A stretch of 64,000 nt of DNA from an uncultured Planctomycetota bacterium. GTDB taxonomy: Bacteria > Planctomycetota > Planctomycetia > Isosphaerales > Isosphaeraceae. Each line of letters opens with the position of its first letter. Position 1 is the stretch's first letter. The DNA lies in contig CAWGMQ010000003.1 of the NCBI GenBank assembly GCA_963823665.1, positions 1,632,001-1,696,000 of the forward strand, read 5' to 3'. Below, in pieces: positions 26,988 through 36,891 of the stretch. Below the pieces are notes generated by a model, which saw only the letters and a program-made list of their open reading frames with translations, ran no database searches and was not told the origin of the DNA. A program made the translations under genes and the position numbers.

Positions 26988-27905
26988 ATGAAACTGGGAT
27001 TCGTCTCGGCAATCCTGCCCGACTTTACGCTCGAGGATTTGCTGAGCTTCGCGCACCAAGAGGGATTCTCGAGCGTCGAGCTCATGTGCTGGCCGGCCGG
27101 CAAGTCCGATCGTCGCTATGCCGGTGTCACCCATCTCGACGTCTCGTCCATTTCGCCGGCCTCCGTCACGGCCGTCCGCCAGTTGCTCTCCGCCCACAAG
27201 ATCGAGATCTCCGGCCTTGGCTATTACCCCAATCCGCTATCGGCCGACCCCACGGAAGCCGAGCTGGCCGCATCGCACCTGAAGAAGGTGATTGATGCAG
27301 CGGCGGCGCTTGAAGTCGGCGTCGTGAACAGCTTCATCGGCCGCAACCCCGCCCTTTCCGTCGAGGCCAACTGGCCGTGCTTCCTCGATGTCTGGAAACC
27401 CCTGATCGCCCACGCCGAGGCCAAAGGCGTCAAGGTCGCCATCGAAAACTGCCCGATGCTCTTCAGCGCCGACGAATGGCCCGGCGGCAAGAACCTGGCA
27501 ACCACGCCCGCCATCTGGCGCCGGATGTTCAACGAGATCAAGAGCAAAAGCTTCGGCCTGAATCTCGACCCGTCTCACCTGGTCTGGCAGCAAGTCGACT
27601 ACGTCGCGCCTCTGGCCGAGTTCAAGGACCGGATCTTTCACGTCCACGCCAAGGACGCCCGCATCGAGCAGACCGCTCTCAACGAGTACGGCCTGCTGTC
27701 TTACCCCAAGCTCTGGCATACTCCCAAGATCCCCGGATTGGGCGACGTTCGCTGGGGAGCGTTCCTGGGCGCCTTGAGCGATATCGGCTATCAAGGCCAC
27801 GTCGCCATCGAAGTCGAAGATCGGGCCTTCGAGGGTTCAATCGAGGAACGACAGAATTCCCTGAGAATCAGCCGCCGGTTCTTGCTTCAGTATCTCGCTG
27901 GGTAG
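26988..27905 (+). CDS. Sugar phosphate isomerase/epimerase (AP endonuclease 2 fold)
   Basis: IENCPM, DPSH, HVHAKD, IEVED. Confidence 0.88.
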   Translation: MKLGFVSAILPDFTLEDLLSFAHQEGFSSVELMCWPAGKSDRRYAGVTHLDVSSISPASVTAVRQLLSAHKIEISGLGYYPNPLSADPTEAELAASHLKKVIDAAAALEVGVVNSFIGRNPALSVEANWPCFLDVWKPLIAHAEAKGVKVAIENCPMLFSADEWPGGKNLATTPAIWRRMFNEIKSKSFGLNLDPSHLVWQQVDYVAPLAEFKDRIFHVHAKDARIEQTALNEYGLLSYPKLWHTPKIPGLGDVRWGAFLGALSDIGYQGHVAIEVEDRAFEGSIEERQNSLRISRRFLLQYLAG

Positions 27906-27945
27906 AATAACGCGGCGACGACGCTCCTCCAGAGACTTTGGTGAC

Positions 27946-29007
27946 GTGATCACACCCAAAATCCACTTATCAGTCCTGATCCCCGTGTTCAACGAGGTCG
28001 ACAACGTCGAGCCGCTCCACGAAGAGCTCGACGCCGTGCTTTCTCCGCGGCCATCGACCTACGAGCTCATCTTCGTCGACGACGGCTCGACCGACGGCAC
28101 CCGCGCCAGGCTCGAATCAATCAAACGCCGCCACCCCGCGCACGTCCGCCTCATCTGCCTCGCCCGCAACTGCGGTCAGACCGCGGCCCTCACCGCCGCC
28201 CTGGACCAGGCACGCGGCGAGATCCTGATCCCCATCGACGGCGACCGCCAGAACGATCCCGCCGACATCCCACGCCTGCTCGAGCAGATCGATGCCGGCT
28301 ACGACGTGGTTTCCGGCTGGCGAAAACAACGCCATGATTCCCTGTTCACTCGTAAGGTCCCTTCCTGGCTTGCCAACCGGCTGGTCGCCCGGCTCTCAGG
28401 CGTGCCGCTCCACGACTTCGGCTGCACGCTCAAGGCATACCGCCGCCGCGTGCTCCAGGGTGTCCGGCTATACGGCGAGATGCACCGATTCATCCCGATC
28501 TTCGCCGCCTGGCACGGCGCGAAGGTCATCGAGCTCGTCGTCAATCACCGCCCCAGAACCGCCGGCAAAACCAAGTACGGCCTGGGCCGTACCTTCAACG
28601 TCGTTCTCGACCTCATCCTGATCCGCTTCCTCCAGCGCTACTCGCAACGGCCGCTCCACTTCTTCGGCCGTTTCGGATTATGGTCGTTCGGACTGGGAAT
28701 CCTGTCGATCTTCGCCATGCTCTACTTCAAGTACATCTTCCCCTGGCCCGCCCTCTTCTGGCGCACCGACAAGCCTCCCAAGTCGTTTATCGCAACTCCA
28801 CTGCCCACGATAACAGCCATGTTCTTCCTGGGCGGCTTCTTCTGCATCCTCATGGGTATCCTGGCCGAAGTGGTCATGCGCACGTACTACGAATCCCAGG
28901 CAAAGACCACCTATCTGCTCAGCGAGACCCGCGACGAGACCGAACCCGAACCAAGCAAGGCCACATCCGAAGACGACAAGAGCGGGCACGGGAAAATGCA
29001 AGAATAG
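27946..29007 (+). CDS. Glycosyltransferase family 2 (ArnC/DPM-like)
   Basis: IPVFNE, VDDGSTD, DGDRQNDP, C-terminal TMs. Confidence 0.92.
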   Translation: MITPKIHLSVLIPVFNEVDNVEPLHEELDAVLSPRPSTYELIFVDDGSTDGTRARLESIKRRHPAHVRLICLARNCGQTAALTAALDQARGEILIPIDGDRQNDPADIPRLLEQIDAGYDVVSGWRKQRHDSLFTRKVPSWLANRLVARLSGVPLHDFGCTLKAYRRRVLQGVRLYGEMHRFIPIFAAWHGAKVIELVVNHRPRTAGKTKYGLGRTFNVVLDLILIRFLQRYSQRPLHFFGRFGLWSFGLGILSIFAMLYFKYIFPWPALFWRTDKPPKSFIATPLPTITAMFFLGGFFCILMGILAEVVMRTYYESQAKTTYLLSETRDETEPEPSKATSEDDKSGHGKMQE

Positions 29008-29078
29008 CCTGTACCAATCTCCACCCCGATCAGCCAGTTCGTTTTGTACATTCGTCGCGCGCCCTTACCGCATAAGGA

Positions 29079-29870
29079 TTACGGGAACGCACGCAGCCGG
29101 TCGGCGCGTTCGGCGCGGGCCTCGAACGGCGCCGCCCAATCCGCCGGCCGGTACCATTCGAGCCCACCCGGCAGCGCCTCAGCCGCATATTCAAGATGAA
29201 TCACCCGCCGGTGTCCCGCCGACACTCGCGATGCCGAGGCATGCAGCAAGAGCGGCCGCATGACCACCGCACCACCCGCATTCACACAGCAGTCGACCGC
29301 AAGCGCACCCGCGCGCCCCGCCCACTCCGCAACCGCCTGCGCATTCAGCCGCCCCTCACGATGCGACCCCGGCAGCACCCGTAGTGGTCCATCACCCGGC
29401 CCTGAGTCATCGAGATGCAGCCGAATCGTCACCATCCGCGCCAGCAGCTCGGCCGGGGCATGAGCGTGCGGAATGCCCGCCTTGCGAGTCCACGGACCGA
29501 ATCCGGGCGCATCGCGCCGCGACAAAACGGCAATCGTCAGATCTTGATGCCACGGAAGGTTCCAGTTCGTCTCCAGCGTCTTGTCGAAAAAAAGCCCGCG
29601 AACCGGAAAAGCCCTCGCACCCAGGATGCTCTGAGCCAGCGAAAGGATCTCTGGAGACCTCCCCAGACTGAATACCCGTGGCACACGCCACAACAGGTCC
29701 CGACCTCCATACACGAGGCCCCCCCGGTCAAGCACCCCTTCATGCCCGCCTGCCGAGTAGGCTCGCGTCGCCTCGAGCAACTCGTCGACCATCCCCGGCG
29801 ACAAGACGCGCTCGGTGATAACGAAGCCCGAATCCGCAAGTGAATCCAGCACAGAGCTGCCACCCCGCAT
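29079..29870 (-). CDS. Phytanoyl-CoA dioxygenase (PhyH) family protein
   Basis: WHQD, LHLDD, LRVLPGSH, LLHAS, RRVIH. Confidence 0.85.
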   Translation of the reverse strand: MRGGSSVLDSLADSGFVITERVLSPGMVDELLEATRAYSAGGHEGVLDRGGLVYGGRDLLWRVPRVFSLGRSPEILSLAQSILGARAFPVRGLFFDKTLETNWNLPWHQDLTIAVLSRRDAPGFGPWTRKAGIPHAHAPAELLARMVTIRLHLDDSGPGDGPLRVLPGSHREGRLNAQAVAEWAGRAGALAVDCCVNAGGAVVMRPLLLHASASRVSAGHRRVIHLEYAAEALPGGLEWYRPADWAAPFEARAERADRLRAFP

Positions 29871-30006
29871 ATAAACCGAATTAGGACAGTTACCTGGCGA
29901 TCGATCGCATACCCACATCCGGCCGCGATTATTCGTCGAATCGGTCCAGACCGCCAGACCAGATAGCGCCGCCAGTCCGCAAAAACAAATTCGCAGCCCT
30001 CGTTTC

Positions 30007-30131
30007 TGCGCCACATGCGCCACAGCCTTACAGGCCTTCGACTTACGTGTGGCGCAGGAATAATCGGGCGCGCACGGATTAGCCCGAAATCCTCGCTGCG
30101 TTTCTACTTCGGTGTGGCGCAGGAATAATCG
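30007..30131. repeat. Iteron-like cluster of TGTGGCGCA repeats
   Basis: Inverted copies 30007-30015 and 30016-30024; 20-bp direct repeat GTGTGGCGCAGGAATAATCG at 30047-30066 and 30112-30131. Confidence 0.75.
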
Positions 30132-31610
30132 TCACGCGAGTCCGCGCTGATCGTTACGAGGCGGCTGTTGCGGGCCCTGCCGAACGTGACGGATATTCCA
30201 CGCGTCCGAAGCTGCGGAGCAATCCGGCGCAGCTCGTCGCTGAATGCCCTGGCCGTTTTCGGCCAGCTCGCCGACGCCCGGATCCTGCGCGACACTTCCC
30301 TGCCCAATTCCTCGAGCATCTCCGTCGGCGACTGCGTCCAGTCCTGCCGGAACCCGCCGAGCTCCGCACTCTCCAAGAGCGCCTGGGCCACGGGTGAATC
30401 CTCGAGCGATGCGCTTGCAGCCTCGCCCCGGTTATCGTGGTAAATCGACAGAAACGTCTCCGCCGGCCAGCCCAGCCCCCGGCCAACCGCCTCTCCAAAT
30501 CGAGCAAAATCCGCCATTCGTGGGAGCTTCGAGGGCTTCACCGTGGGAAGCACCTTCAGCCCGCCCACGATCGCATCGAGCAGCCCTCCGAAGATCGCCG
30601 GATAGTCCGCTCGGAATGCCTGCCAGAATTCGGACTCCGCACGCCGGCTCGTCAGACCGATTGGCGGTGGCTTCAAAAACGCGCACCGGTCGGCCAGATC
30701 GTCCCGGCGGACAAACTCATCAACGCCATTTAATACGACTGCTCGCTCAGCATAGATCGTTCTCCGCTCGTCGTCGGAATAAAGGGCTCGCGCCGAGAAT
30801 CCCCCGCCCGTCGCCAGCCGGCACAAGCTATCCGAAAGCCAGTTGGCCAACACGCTGATGTTGTCATACACCAGCAGCCAGCCGCCAAAAGCCGTGACCA
30901 TCAGATCGCGCGTGCTGCTCGGCTGCGCCAGCAGCGGCGAGGCTTGTGGATCAACCAGCAGTCGAACGACTTTCGCCAGCGTGCTCTTCGCCGACCCCTG
31001 CTCACCGTGGATCGCCAGCACCGGATAGGGCCCTTCGGGCAATAGCGCCGCAGCCAGCCACCCAACCAGCAATCGGAAGTCTGCTTCGGTAAGGTTCACA
31101 TACGCTTGCAGCCGCTCGATCGAGCCCTCGCGGCTGGGCGCCGGCAGCTTCAACTGTCCGTCTGGACGCCGGAATCTCACCGTGGGCTTATCAACCACGA
31201 GCCATCCTCGCGCGTTGACCTTCACGGCCCGTCCGCTGTCATCTCCCAGGTCGATGTAGAAGTCCCCTGCTTTCTCGCCGCAGTCGCGGCCCACTCGCAC
31301 GTGCACGGCCGGCACGCTGCGGTCAAATCGCGCGCGGGCCTCGAGCGACGTGATCACGGTTTCGAACTGCTCCAGCCGGCGGCAGCTCTCCGCGCTCGCA
31401 CCGGTAGCTCTCGATCAGCCAGTCGCGAAACCCTGTCGACTTCAGCGCGTAAATCTCTTGCCGGTCGCCGACCGGCACTTGAGCATGCAGCCGTCCGTCC
31501 GCTGACCGGAAGAAACGCGCTGTCGCGGCGACCTTCAAGAGCGCCTCCACCACCACTGCGGACTTCTGCGGTTCATCCGCTCGCGGCTCCTCGATCGACT
31601 CGTTTGCCAT
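30104..31610 (-). CDS. Phage/plasmid-type P-loop ATPase (primase/helicase-associated), frameshift ~31360
   Basis: Walker A HGEQGSAKST, YDN, RALYSD, DLADR, PRMADF; N-terminus MANESIEE in ORF 31323-31823. Confidence 0.75.
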
Positions 31611-31627
31611 GGCATCGCTCCCTGCTT

Positions 31628-32326
31628 TCATCCAGCCCCGCCGGGCGTGAAAACCGGCCCACTCGCGGGAACCTGGAAATTCCGCCGCGGCACCGCGCCG
31701 CGCCTCCCGCTCCGGTCCGGTGGTACCGCCGTATCCGCCTCGTCGACACGCGTCGCGATATCGAGAATCGCCAGCGTCAGCTCGGAAAGCCCCGCGACAT
31801 CCGCCGGCATCACCCAGACCCACACATCACCATGCTGGCCGCTATATCGCGCCCCACGCGGAACCTCGTGTTTCGCCCCGACGTGCAGCCACAAGTGCGC
31901 AGGCTCCCGTCGCGCCGAGCCCGCAACCACTTGCTGATAAACCGCCTGCATCGCCCGGATCTTGTCCGGGCTGGTGACCGTCCCCAGGCTCAGAGTACCC
32001 GTCACGTTCCGCGACGCCCCGATGTTGACCCCGTAAGGCTTCGCCGAAAGCATCGGGATGGTCAGCCTCAGTGTGCTCGTCCCGTTATCCGTAACCTGGA
32101 TCGCCCCCTGGCCAACAACCGCCAGGAATGGAAGATTCGCGGGATTCGCCGCCACCGCCGCCAGATTATCCACCACCTGCTGATACTGCAGCTCGGGCAG
32201 CCTGCTGAGCGTCCGGTGGGCAGTGAACTCAAGCTGCCTGTGCAAACACCCCCCAGCGAACCCCAGCGCGAAAGCACTGTAAACCACTAAAGATAAAAGA
32301 CTTCGTCGTCCCATCCTGGAGATCAT
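31628..32326 (-). CDS. Hypothetical lipoprotein-like protein
   Basis: Signal-like segment with FAGGC lipobox; start uncertain. Confidence 0.6.
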   Translation of the reverse strand: MISRMGRRSLLSLVVYSAFALGFAGGCLHRQLEFTAHRTLSRLPELQYQQVVDNLAAVAANPANLPFLAVVGQGAIQVTDNGTSTLRLTIPMLSAKPYGVNIGASRNVTGTLSLGTVTSPDKIRAMQAVYQQVVAGSARREPAHLWLHVGAKHEVPRGARYSGQHGDVWVWVMPADVAGLSELTLAILDIATRVDEADTAVPPDRSGRRGAVPRRNFQVPASGPVFTPGGAG

Positions 32327-32585
32327 CGGCGACACTCCTTGTTCGGACACGGTCCTGGTAATCCGGGGCCGGACTCGCCGCACTGGCTGTGCCGCACTTA
32401 TTCATCGGACCTCAGAAGGGCTTTAATAAGCGTTTTAGTCGCCAAAATCGCAATTACCCAAAAACTCCGCGCCAACATCACGCTGGCGCGCTGGGAACTC
32501 GTACTTGCGATGTTGAATCGAGTTCTCCCCCCCGGGACGTTGTAATCGCGCGAGATAGACGTGGCACACCAGCGACGGCGTTCCC

Positions 32586-32606
32586 GTAGTGTGGGTGCAA
32601 CCCACC
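32586..32606 (+). repeat. GTAG-type REP-like hairpin
   Basis: GTAG-T-GTGGGT-GCA-ACCCAC. Confidence 0.5.
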
Positions 32607-32708
32607 GTCTTCACACAGCTTGCGGCAGGTCGCATCGGCTAAGTAGGCAACGAACCCGCGCTGGCCCCTGATGGCGTGCGATACGTTACCGATAGCAGAG
32701 TTTGATCG

Positions 32709-32885
32709 ATGACCGACCACAAATCCGAAGACAACGATCTTACTCCCGAGCAGTGGACGGCTGAAGTTAAGCAGTTCATCAGAGATTTGATCGTTCCTGG
32801 CTTTATCCAGCAGCACGAAGGCAAATGGGTTCATCGAACGGATCCCGATACTTGGTATGAGTTCGATCCCTCACTAACGAAATAA
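32709..32885 (+). CDS. Small hypothetical protein (58 aa, not in ORF track)
   Basis: Hand translation MTDHKSEDNDLTPEQWTAEVKQFIRDLIVPGFIQQHEGKWVHRTDPDTWYEFDPSLTK*; lower GC. Confidence 0.45.
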   Translation: MTDHKSEDNDLTPEQWTAEVKQFIRDLIVPGFIQQHEGKWVHRTDPDTWYEFDPSLTK

Positions 32886-33005
32886 CGATTTCAGCGAAAG
32901 CGCTTCGATAAACCGATTCACGCGCACGAATCCGCGGTGCCTCTCTCCGATCGATCAAAGCGGCTTCGAATCCCCGCTCGTCATCATCCGTTCGACTTCA
33001 AACCC

Positions 33006-33206
33006 ACATTCTTGAATTCTTCGCGCCTTCCCTTGGCGCCTTTGCGACTTTGCATGTGTATATCTTCATACAAACATTCTTGAATTCGTCGCGCCATGCC
33101 TTTGCGACTTTGCGTGAGCCCGTCTCCCCTTTTCCGTTCAATAACCCGGCCCAAATCGTCACTCCCATTCGCGTGAGCTTCTCCTCCCGTGATACCGCCC
33201 ACGCCC
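33006..33206 (+). repeat. Dispersed repeat copy A (internal tandem duplication)
   Basis: CTTGAATTC..CCTTTGCGACTTTGC twice, followed by a segment homologous to 46037-46175. Confidence 0.75.
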
Positions 33207-33269
33207 GCGTGTGCTCGGGCATTCCGGTAGGCGTAGCCTGCGATGGAAGACGCATTCTCACACTCGCGA

Positions 33270-33956
33270 TCAACTCTCGCCTGGAATCCTGCTCTTGCGA
33301 CCCGGTTTCTTCGCCTTCTTCACTCGCTTTTCATCCTCGATCGTATCAACATATTCATCGAGCCAGTCGACACCCCCGCGGAGGTTCATCATGAAACAGC
33401 GAACCTCGATGTCCCAGAGATGTTTCAGAGACTCGAGATCCGGGTTCTTCCCGTAGGAACGCTTGACGATCTCCCGGAATCTCCTGGAGATCGGATCCGT
33501 CTCGCCAGGAGGATACGGGTCGACTCGACGCTCGCGGCAATAGTTGTCGATATCAGCCTTGAGCAAGAACGCCTGGCGGCTGTGATCCTTATGCTCGGCC
33601 TCCAGGTCATAAATGTTGTGGCCGGCATCCGGGTCGTACTTCACGTACGACTGATCAAAAAACTCCGTGTAGGCACCGCAATCGCGGTGCTCGACAACGT
33701 ATACATATTTAATTTGATGGAGGCCCACGGCCAGGACCAGGTGATCGAAGAACGCCTTGTGCCAGGCAGGCATCTGCATGGCACCGGCCGCCGCTCCGGC
33801 CAGGATGAACTGGTCGAAGCGGTTTTCAAGGTTCTCGAAATTCATGAACTTCACCAGATTATCCAGCAACCTCAGGTCCATGCAGCTCAAAAGGAGCACG
33901 TTCTTGCGAGGGGAGGTGTGGGTCGTGCTCTGGTAATCGGCTTGGCTGACGTCCAT
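33270..33956 (-). CDS. Beta-class-like carbonic anhydrase
   Basis: Zn ligands SCMDLR and EHRDCGAY. Confidence 0.78.
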   Translation of the reverse strand: MDVSQADYQSTTHTSPRKNVLLLSCMDLRLLDNLVKFMNFENLENRFDQFILAGAAAGAMQMPAWHKAFFDHLVLAVGLHQIKYVYVVEHRDCGAYTEFFDQSYVKYDPDAGHNIYDLEAEHKDHSRQAFLLKADIDNYCRERRVDPYPPGETDPISRRFREIVKRSYGKNPDLESLKHLWDIEVRCFMMNLRGGVDWLDEYVDTIEDEKRVKKAKKPGRKSRIPGES

Positions 33957-34153
33957 AGATCGGTCCCTGATAGTTTCCCTGTTCTCGTTCACGATCCCCA
34001 CTGCCCGATTGTAAGATAATTTCAATTCGAGGACGGCGCCCGAGTCCTCTCGATTCGCTGTTGGGCGACTTCGAGTTCGTGGGTGGATATCCGGCCGGTA
34101 TTGTGTTGCGATGGGATGCGGTAAGGCTATCATCAACATTAGAATGTGTTCAT

Positions 34154-34213
34154 GCCTGACGAGGCGATCCAGCGGACCCGCCTGCGGCGGGCCGCTGAAC
34201 TTTCGCGTCAAAT
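34154..34213 (+). repeat. attC site (short type)
   Basis: GCCTGAC..CAGCGGACCCGCC/GGCGGGCCGCTG..GTCAAAT. Confidence 0.8.
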
Positions 34214-34231
34214 GGCTTCGGGGGAGCGAGC

Positions 34232-34483
34232 GTGAAAACTGTCGTCGTGGTGCCGATACGCGGCCAGGGCAACGCCTGGAAGGTGGCCGAGCCGTCGGAT
34301 CCGCCCGCCAGGGTGCAAGATCGCGTGGTCACGCTCGAGATCCAGGGCAACGCCGCAGAGGGTTACCACCTCGTGATGAGCCCGGCCGGCTGCTTCACCG
34401 CGGACACTTGGCACGCGAGCGTCGAGGATGCCAAGGCCACCGCCGCGAAACTGTTTGGTGTCCCTCCCCAAGAGTGGTCATAG
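34232..34483 (+). CDS. Cassette ORF, hypothetical
   Basis: GGGGAG RBS after attC; followed by GCCTAAC 34486-34492. Confidence 0.75.
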   Translation: MKTVVVVPIRGQGNAWKVAEPSDPPARVQDRVVTLEIQGNAAEGYHLVMSPAGCFTADTWHASVEDAKATAAKLFGVPPQEWS

Positions 34484-34599
34484 CCGCCTAACCATGACGG
34501 ATCGGAGTCCGCGAAGCCAGACCTCCAATCAATGTACAACAAGCCCGGCGATGACCGCGCAGAGCCCTGAGCATGGGAAACGCTCGGCGGCAGGGTCGA

Positions 34600-34737
34600 T
34601 CAACGATCGGTAAGCCCTGCCGTCTTTATCGCCTGAGGGTTCGCACCGCAGTCGCCACGCAGCACTCCTGGCTTCGCGTGCACCTGATCGAGCAGTCCGG
34701 GCGGCCTTGCATCACTCGTCGCGTGACCATTCGTCAT
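34600..34737 (-). pseudogene. Possible integron integrase relic
   Basis: 45-aa ORF divergent from downstream cassettes containing RPPGLLDQV and AIKTAGLT, resembling IntI segments; no catalytic motifs. Confidence 0.3.
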
Positions 34738-34921
34738 CTTTCTATGTTTTCGTTTGGAATCCCAATTCTGCGTCCGTAGGATCATTTGAAATCGAGGACA
34801 GTGCCTGACTGCTCGGCAGTGTTTCCTGCTCGACGTTGGGCAGCACGTCCGGCGGAATGAGAAAAAACGCGGTTTCTGTCGAATTCTTGTGAGCACACGT
34901 TCAAGCCACACTGATCCCAAG

Positions 34922-35372
34922 ATGAAGCGTCCACTTCGCATCGGCAGCTTGGCGCAGTACATCGAGGCGACGAACTCCGTACGCGACTCATGGATCGGGA
35001 AAGGCGCGTACTTCGACCCCTGGTTCCGTGGGCACACCGACGCCGACTGGGAACTTACTGCTTCTCTGATTCGGCTCGGCCTCGAAGATCACGAGGACGC
35101 GATTCGATCGGAGCTCATTTGATCCACCCCACATCGCTCGCCGCGTCGCGGTTCAGCAGAGCCGATTCACGATTCACGGGACCGCGGCGAACGGAATTGA
35201 GTTGTTAGGGCGGCGGCGGGGTTCGCGTTTACAGAAGTTGGTAATTGACCAGGAAGCAATTGTTAAGGTGCGCGTTGACCTGTACACTGCCGGCATCACG
35301 GACACCAGTGTCTTCCCCGACCTCCAGGGGCTCAGCCAGGAACTCACTCGCTACTTCACGGACGACTGGTAG
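34922..35372 (+). pseudogene. FRG-domain protein cassette with internal deletion
   Basis: N-part WFRGH..WEL..SL.R joined out of frame at ~35121 to C-part RVAVQQSRFTIHG..GIT..SVFPDL.GL; central QHYG/TRLLDW region absent. Confidence 0.72.
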
Positions 35373-35515
35373 CAGAACACGCTTTAAGCTTGCAGGACGC
35401 TCGACGGCAGGATCGCTCAACGATCATTCAGGCATGCGCCGCTGGTCGTGACTCGAGTATCGGGCCGCGGACGCCATATTGTCGGCGGCAGCCACTTTGC
35501 GGTAGTCTCCAAGGT

Positions 35516-35719
35516 ATGAGCGTAGAAGAACTCCAGGCCGCCGTCGCACAGCTCCCCGCTGAGGAGCTCGATCGCTTTTCGCACTGGTTCGAGGAGTTCC
35601 TGGCGGATCAATGGGATCGGCGAATCGAGGCCGATATCCTGGCCGGGCGCCTTGAAGCCGCGGGCCGCCGCGCCGACGAGGACTTCGAAGCCGGCCGCTG
35701 CACGCCGCTCTCGCCGTGA
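35516..35719 (+). CDS. Putative antitoxin
   Basis: 67 aa acidic protein (WDRRIEADI.AGRL) whose stop overlaps the toxin start (GTGA). Confidence 0.75.
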   Translation: MSVEELQAAVAQLPAEELDRFSHWFEEFLADQWDRRIEADILAGRLEAAGRRADEDFEAGRCTPLSP

Positions 35720-35973
35720 ACCACTTCGCCACCCCGGAGTTCTGGTTCCACTATCGCCGCCTACCGGCGGAAACCCGCGACCTGGCTGACCAATGCTTCG
35801 CGATGCTCCAAGCTGATCCGCGCCATCCGTCGCTGCGATTCAAGAAGGTCGGGGATTTCTGGTCTGCTCGTGTCGGTCTCCGCATCCGCGCGCTCGCGAG
35901 GCAGCGCCCCGAGGGCTTGGTCTGGTTCTGGATCGGTCCCCATGATCGCTACGAGCAACTGATCGCTCAATGA
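35716..35973 (+). CDS. RelE/ParE-superfamily toxin
   Basis: F..YRRLP..DPRHPSLRFKK..WSARVG..RAL..WFWIG.H..Y. Confidence 0.78.
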   Translation: MNHFATPEFWFHYRRLPAETRDLADQCFAMLQADPRHPSLRFKKVGDFWSARVGLRIRALARQRPEGLVWFWIGPHDRYEQLIAQ

Positions 35974-36034
35974 ACGACAAGCGGACCCGCCCCAGCGGAC
36001 CCGCTCCGCGGGCCGGCGGTCTGCGGCGTTAGCC
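35969..36034 (+). repeat. attC site, degenerate
   Basis: AATGAAC..AGCGGACCCGC (duplicated)..GCGGGCC..GTTAGCC. Confidence 0.6.
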
Positions 36035-36048
36035 TGCGGGAGGCGCGG

Positions 36049-36414
36049 ATGCTCGGGCTGCTCGAAGTTCTCTGGTGGCATCACTGGTCCTGTCCCCGAA
36101 CCATCGAGTCGGCCGCGCATGACTTCCTCAACGCTCGCAACCCGGAGCGAGTCAGGGCTGTCACGCACGTGGGATCGCGGGCCGCCTGGCCCATTCGCTG
36201 GCCCAACTGGAGGCTCAATCGACCGCGGTCGTAGCCGACACCGCGCGGCGGGCGATCCACGACGTGTGGCTGGCAATCGTCGACGATTACGAGAACGGTC
36301 GATCAAATCTGTCGAGCGCTTATCTCGCCAATGTTCATGCGAGGCTAGCGGCGGCTAGCTCGGGAGTACGCGAGACAGCAGGCGCCAGGCGGCGGCGCTC
36401 CGGGCATCGCATAA
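36049..36414 (+). pseudogene. Cassette ORF, interrupted hypothetical
   Basis: GGAGG RBS + ATG after attC; frame broken at 36234; TAA in next R''. Confidence 0.45.
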
Positions 36415-36506
36415 CCGTCGCTGCAACGGACCCGGCCCGCCGCGGCTTCGTGATACAATCCACGCTCGTGCTCGGTGGGCCGGGCCGCTGAGCTCATGCG
36501 TTAGGG
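36409..36506 (+). repeat. attC site (long type)
   Basis: GCATAAC..CAACGGACCCGGCCC/GGGCCGGGCCGCTG..GTTAGGG; TGATACAAT in the loop. Confidence 0.88.
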
Positions 36507-36523
36507 GGCGGGGGGTCCACAAG

Positions 36524-36775
36524 ATGGTGGATGCATGTCCCAGTTGCGGCGCGCCAGTCGGCCAGCTTCACGAGCCGTTCTGCAACCGGGAGCTGTGTCC
36601 CTTCTGCGGCGACTTCATCACCACTTGCGACTGCATCTTCGAGGTGCTGTCGCTCACGGCCGAGGAGTGTGAGCTCGTCGAGAAGTTCGAGGACGACTCA
36701 GTCCAGCCCCTCCGGGGTATCTGCGACCGCTGGAGCGAAGCAGTTGAAGCCAAGGGGCGGGTTCCGTACGCTTGA
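36524..36775 (+). CDS. Cassette ORF, Cys-rich small protein
   Basis: CxxC, H..C, CxxC, CxC; flanked by attC sites. Confidence 0.75.
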   Translation: MVDACPSCGAPVGQLHEPFCNRELCPFCGDFITTCDCIFEVLSLTAEECELVEKFEDDSVQPLRGICDRWSEAVEAKGRVPYA

Positions 36776-36812
36776 GTCACTGCTTAAGCATCGGCGGCCT
36801 CAGCCGTGACAA

Positions 36813-36872
36813 CCCCTACATTGCGATGCAGCGGACCCGCCTGCGGCGGGCCGCTGATCCTTGTCGTCAGGC
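36813..36872 (+). repeat. attC site (short type)
   Basis: CCCCTAC..CAGCGGACCCGCC/GGCGGGCCGCTG..GTCAGGC. Confidence 0.8.
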
Positions 36873-36891
36873 CTGCACGGACCACGGACAC

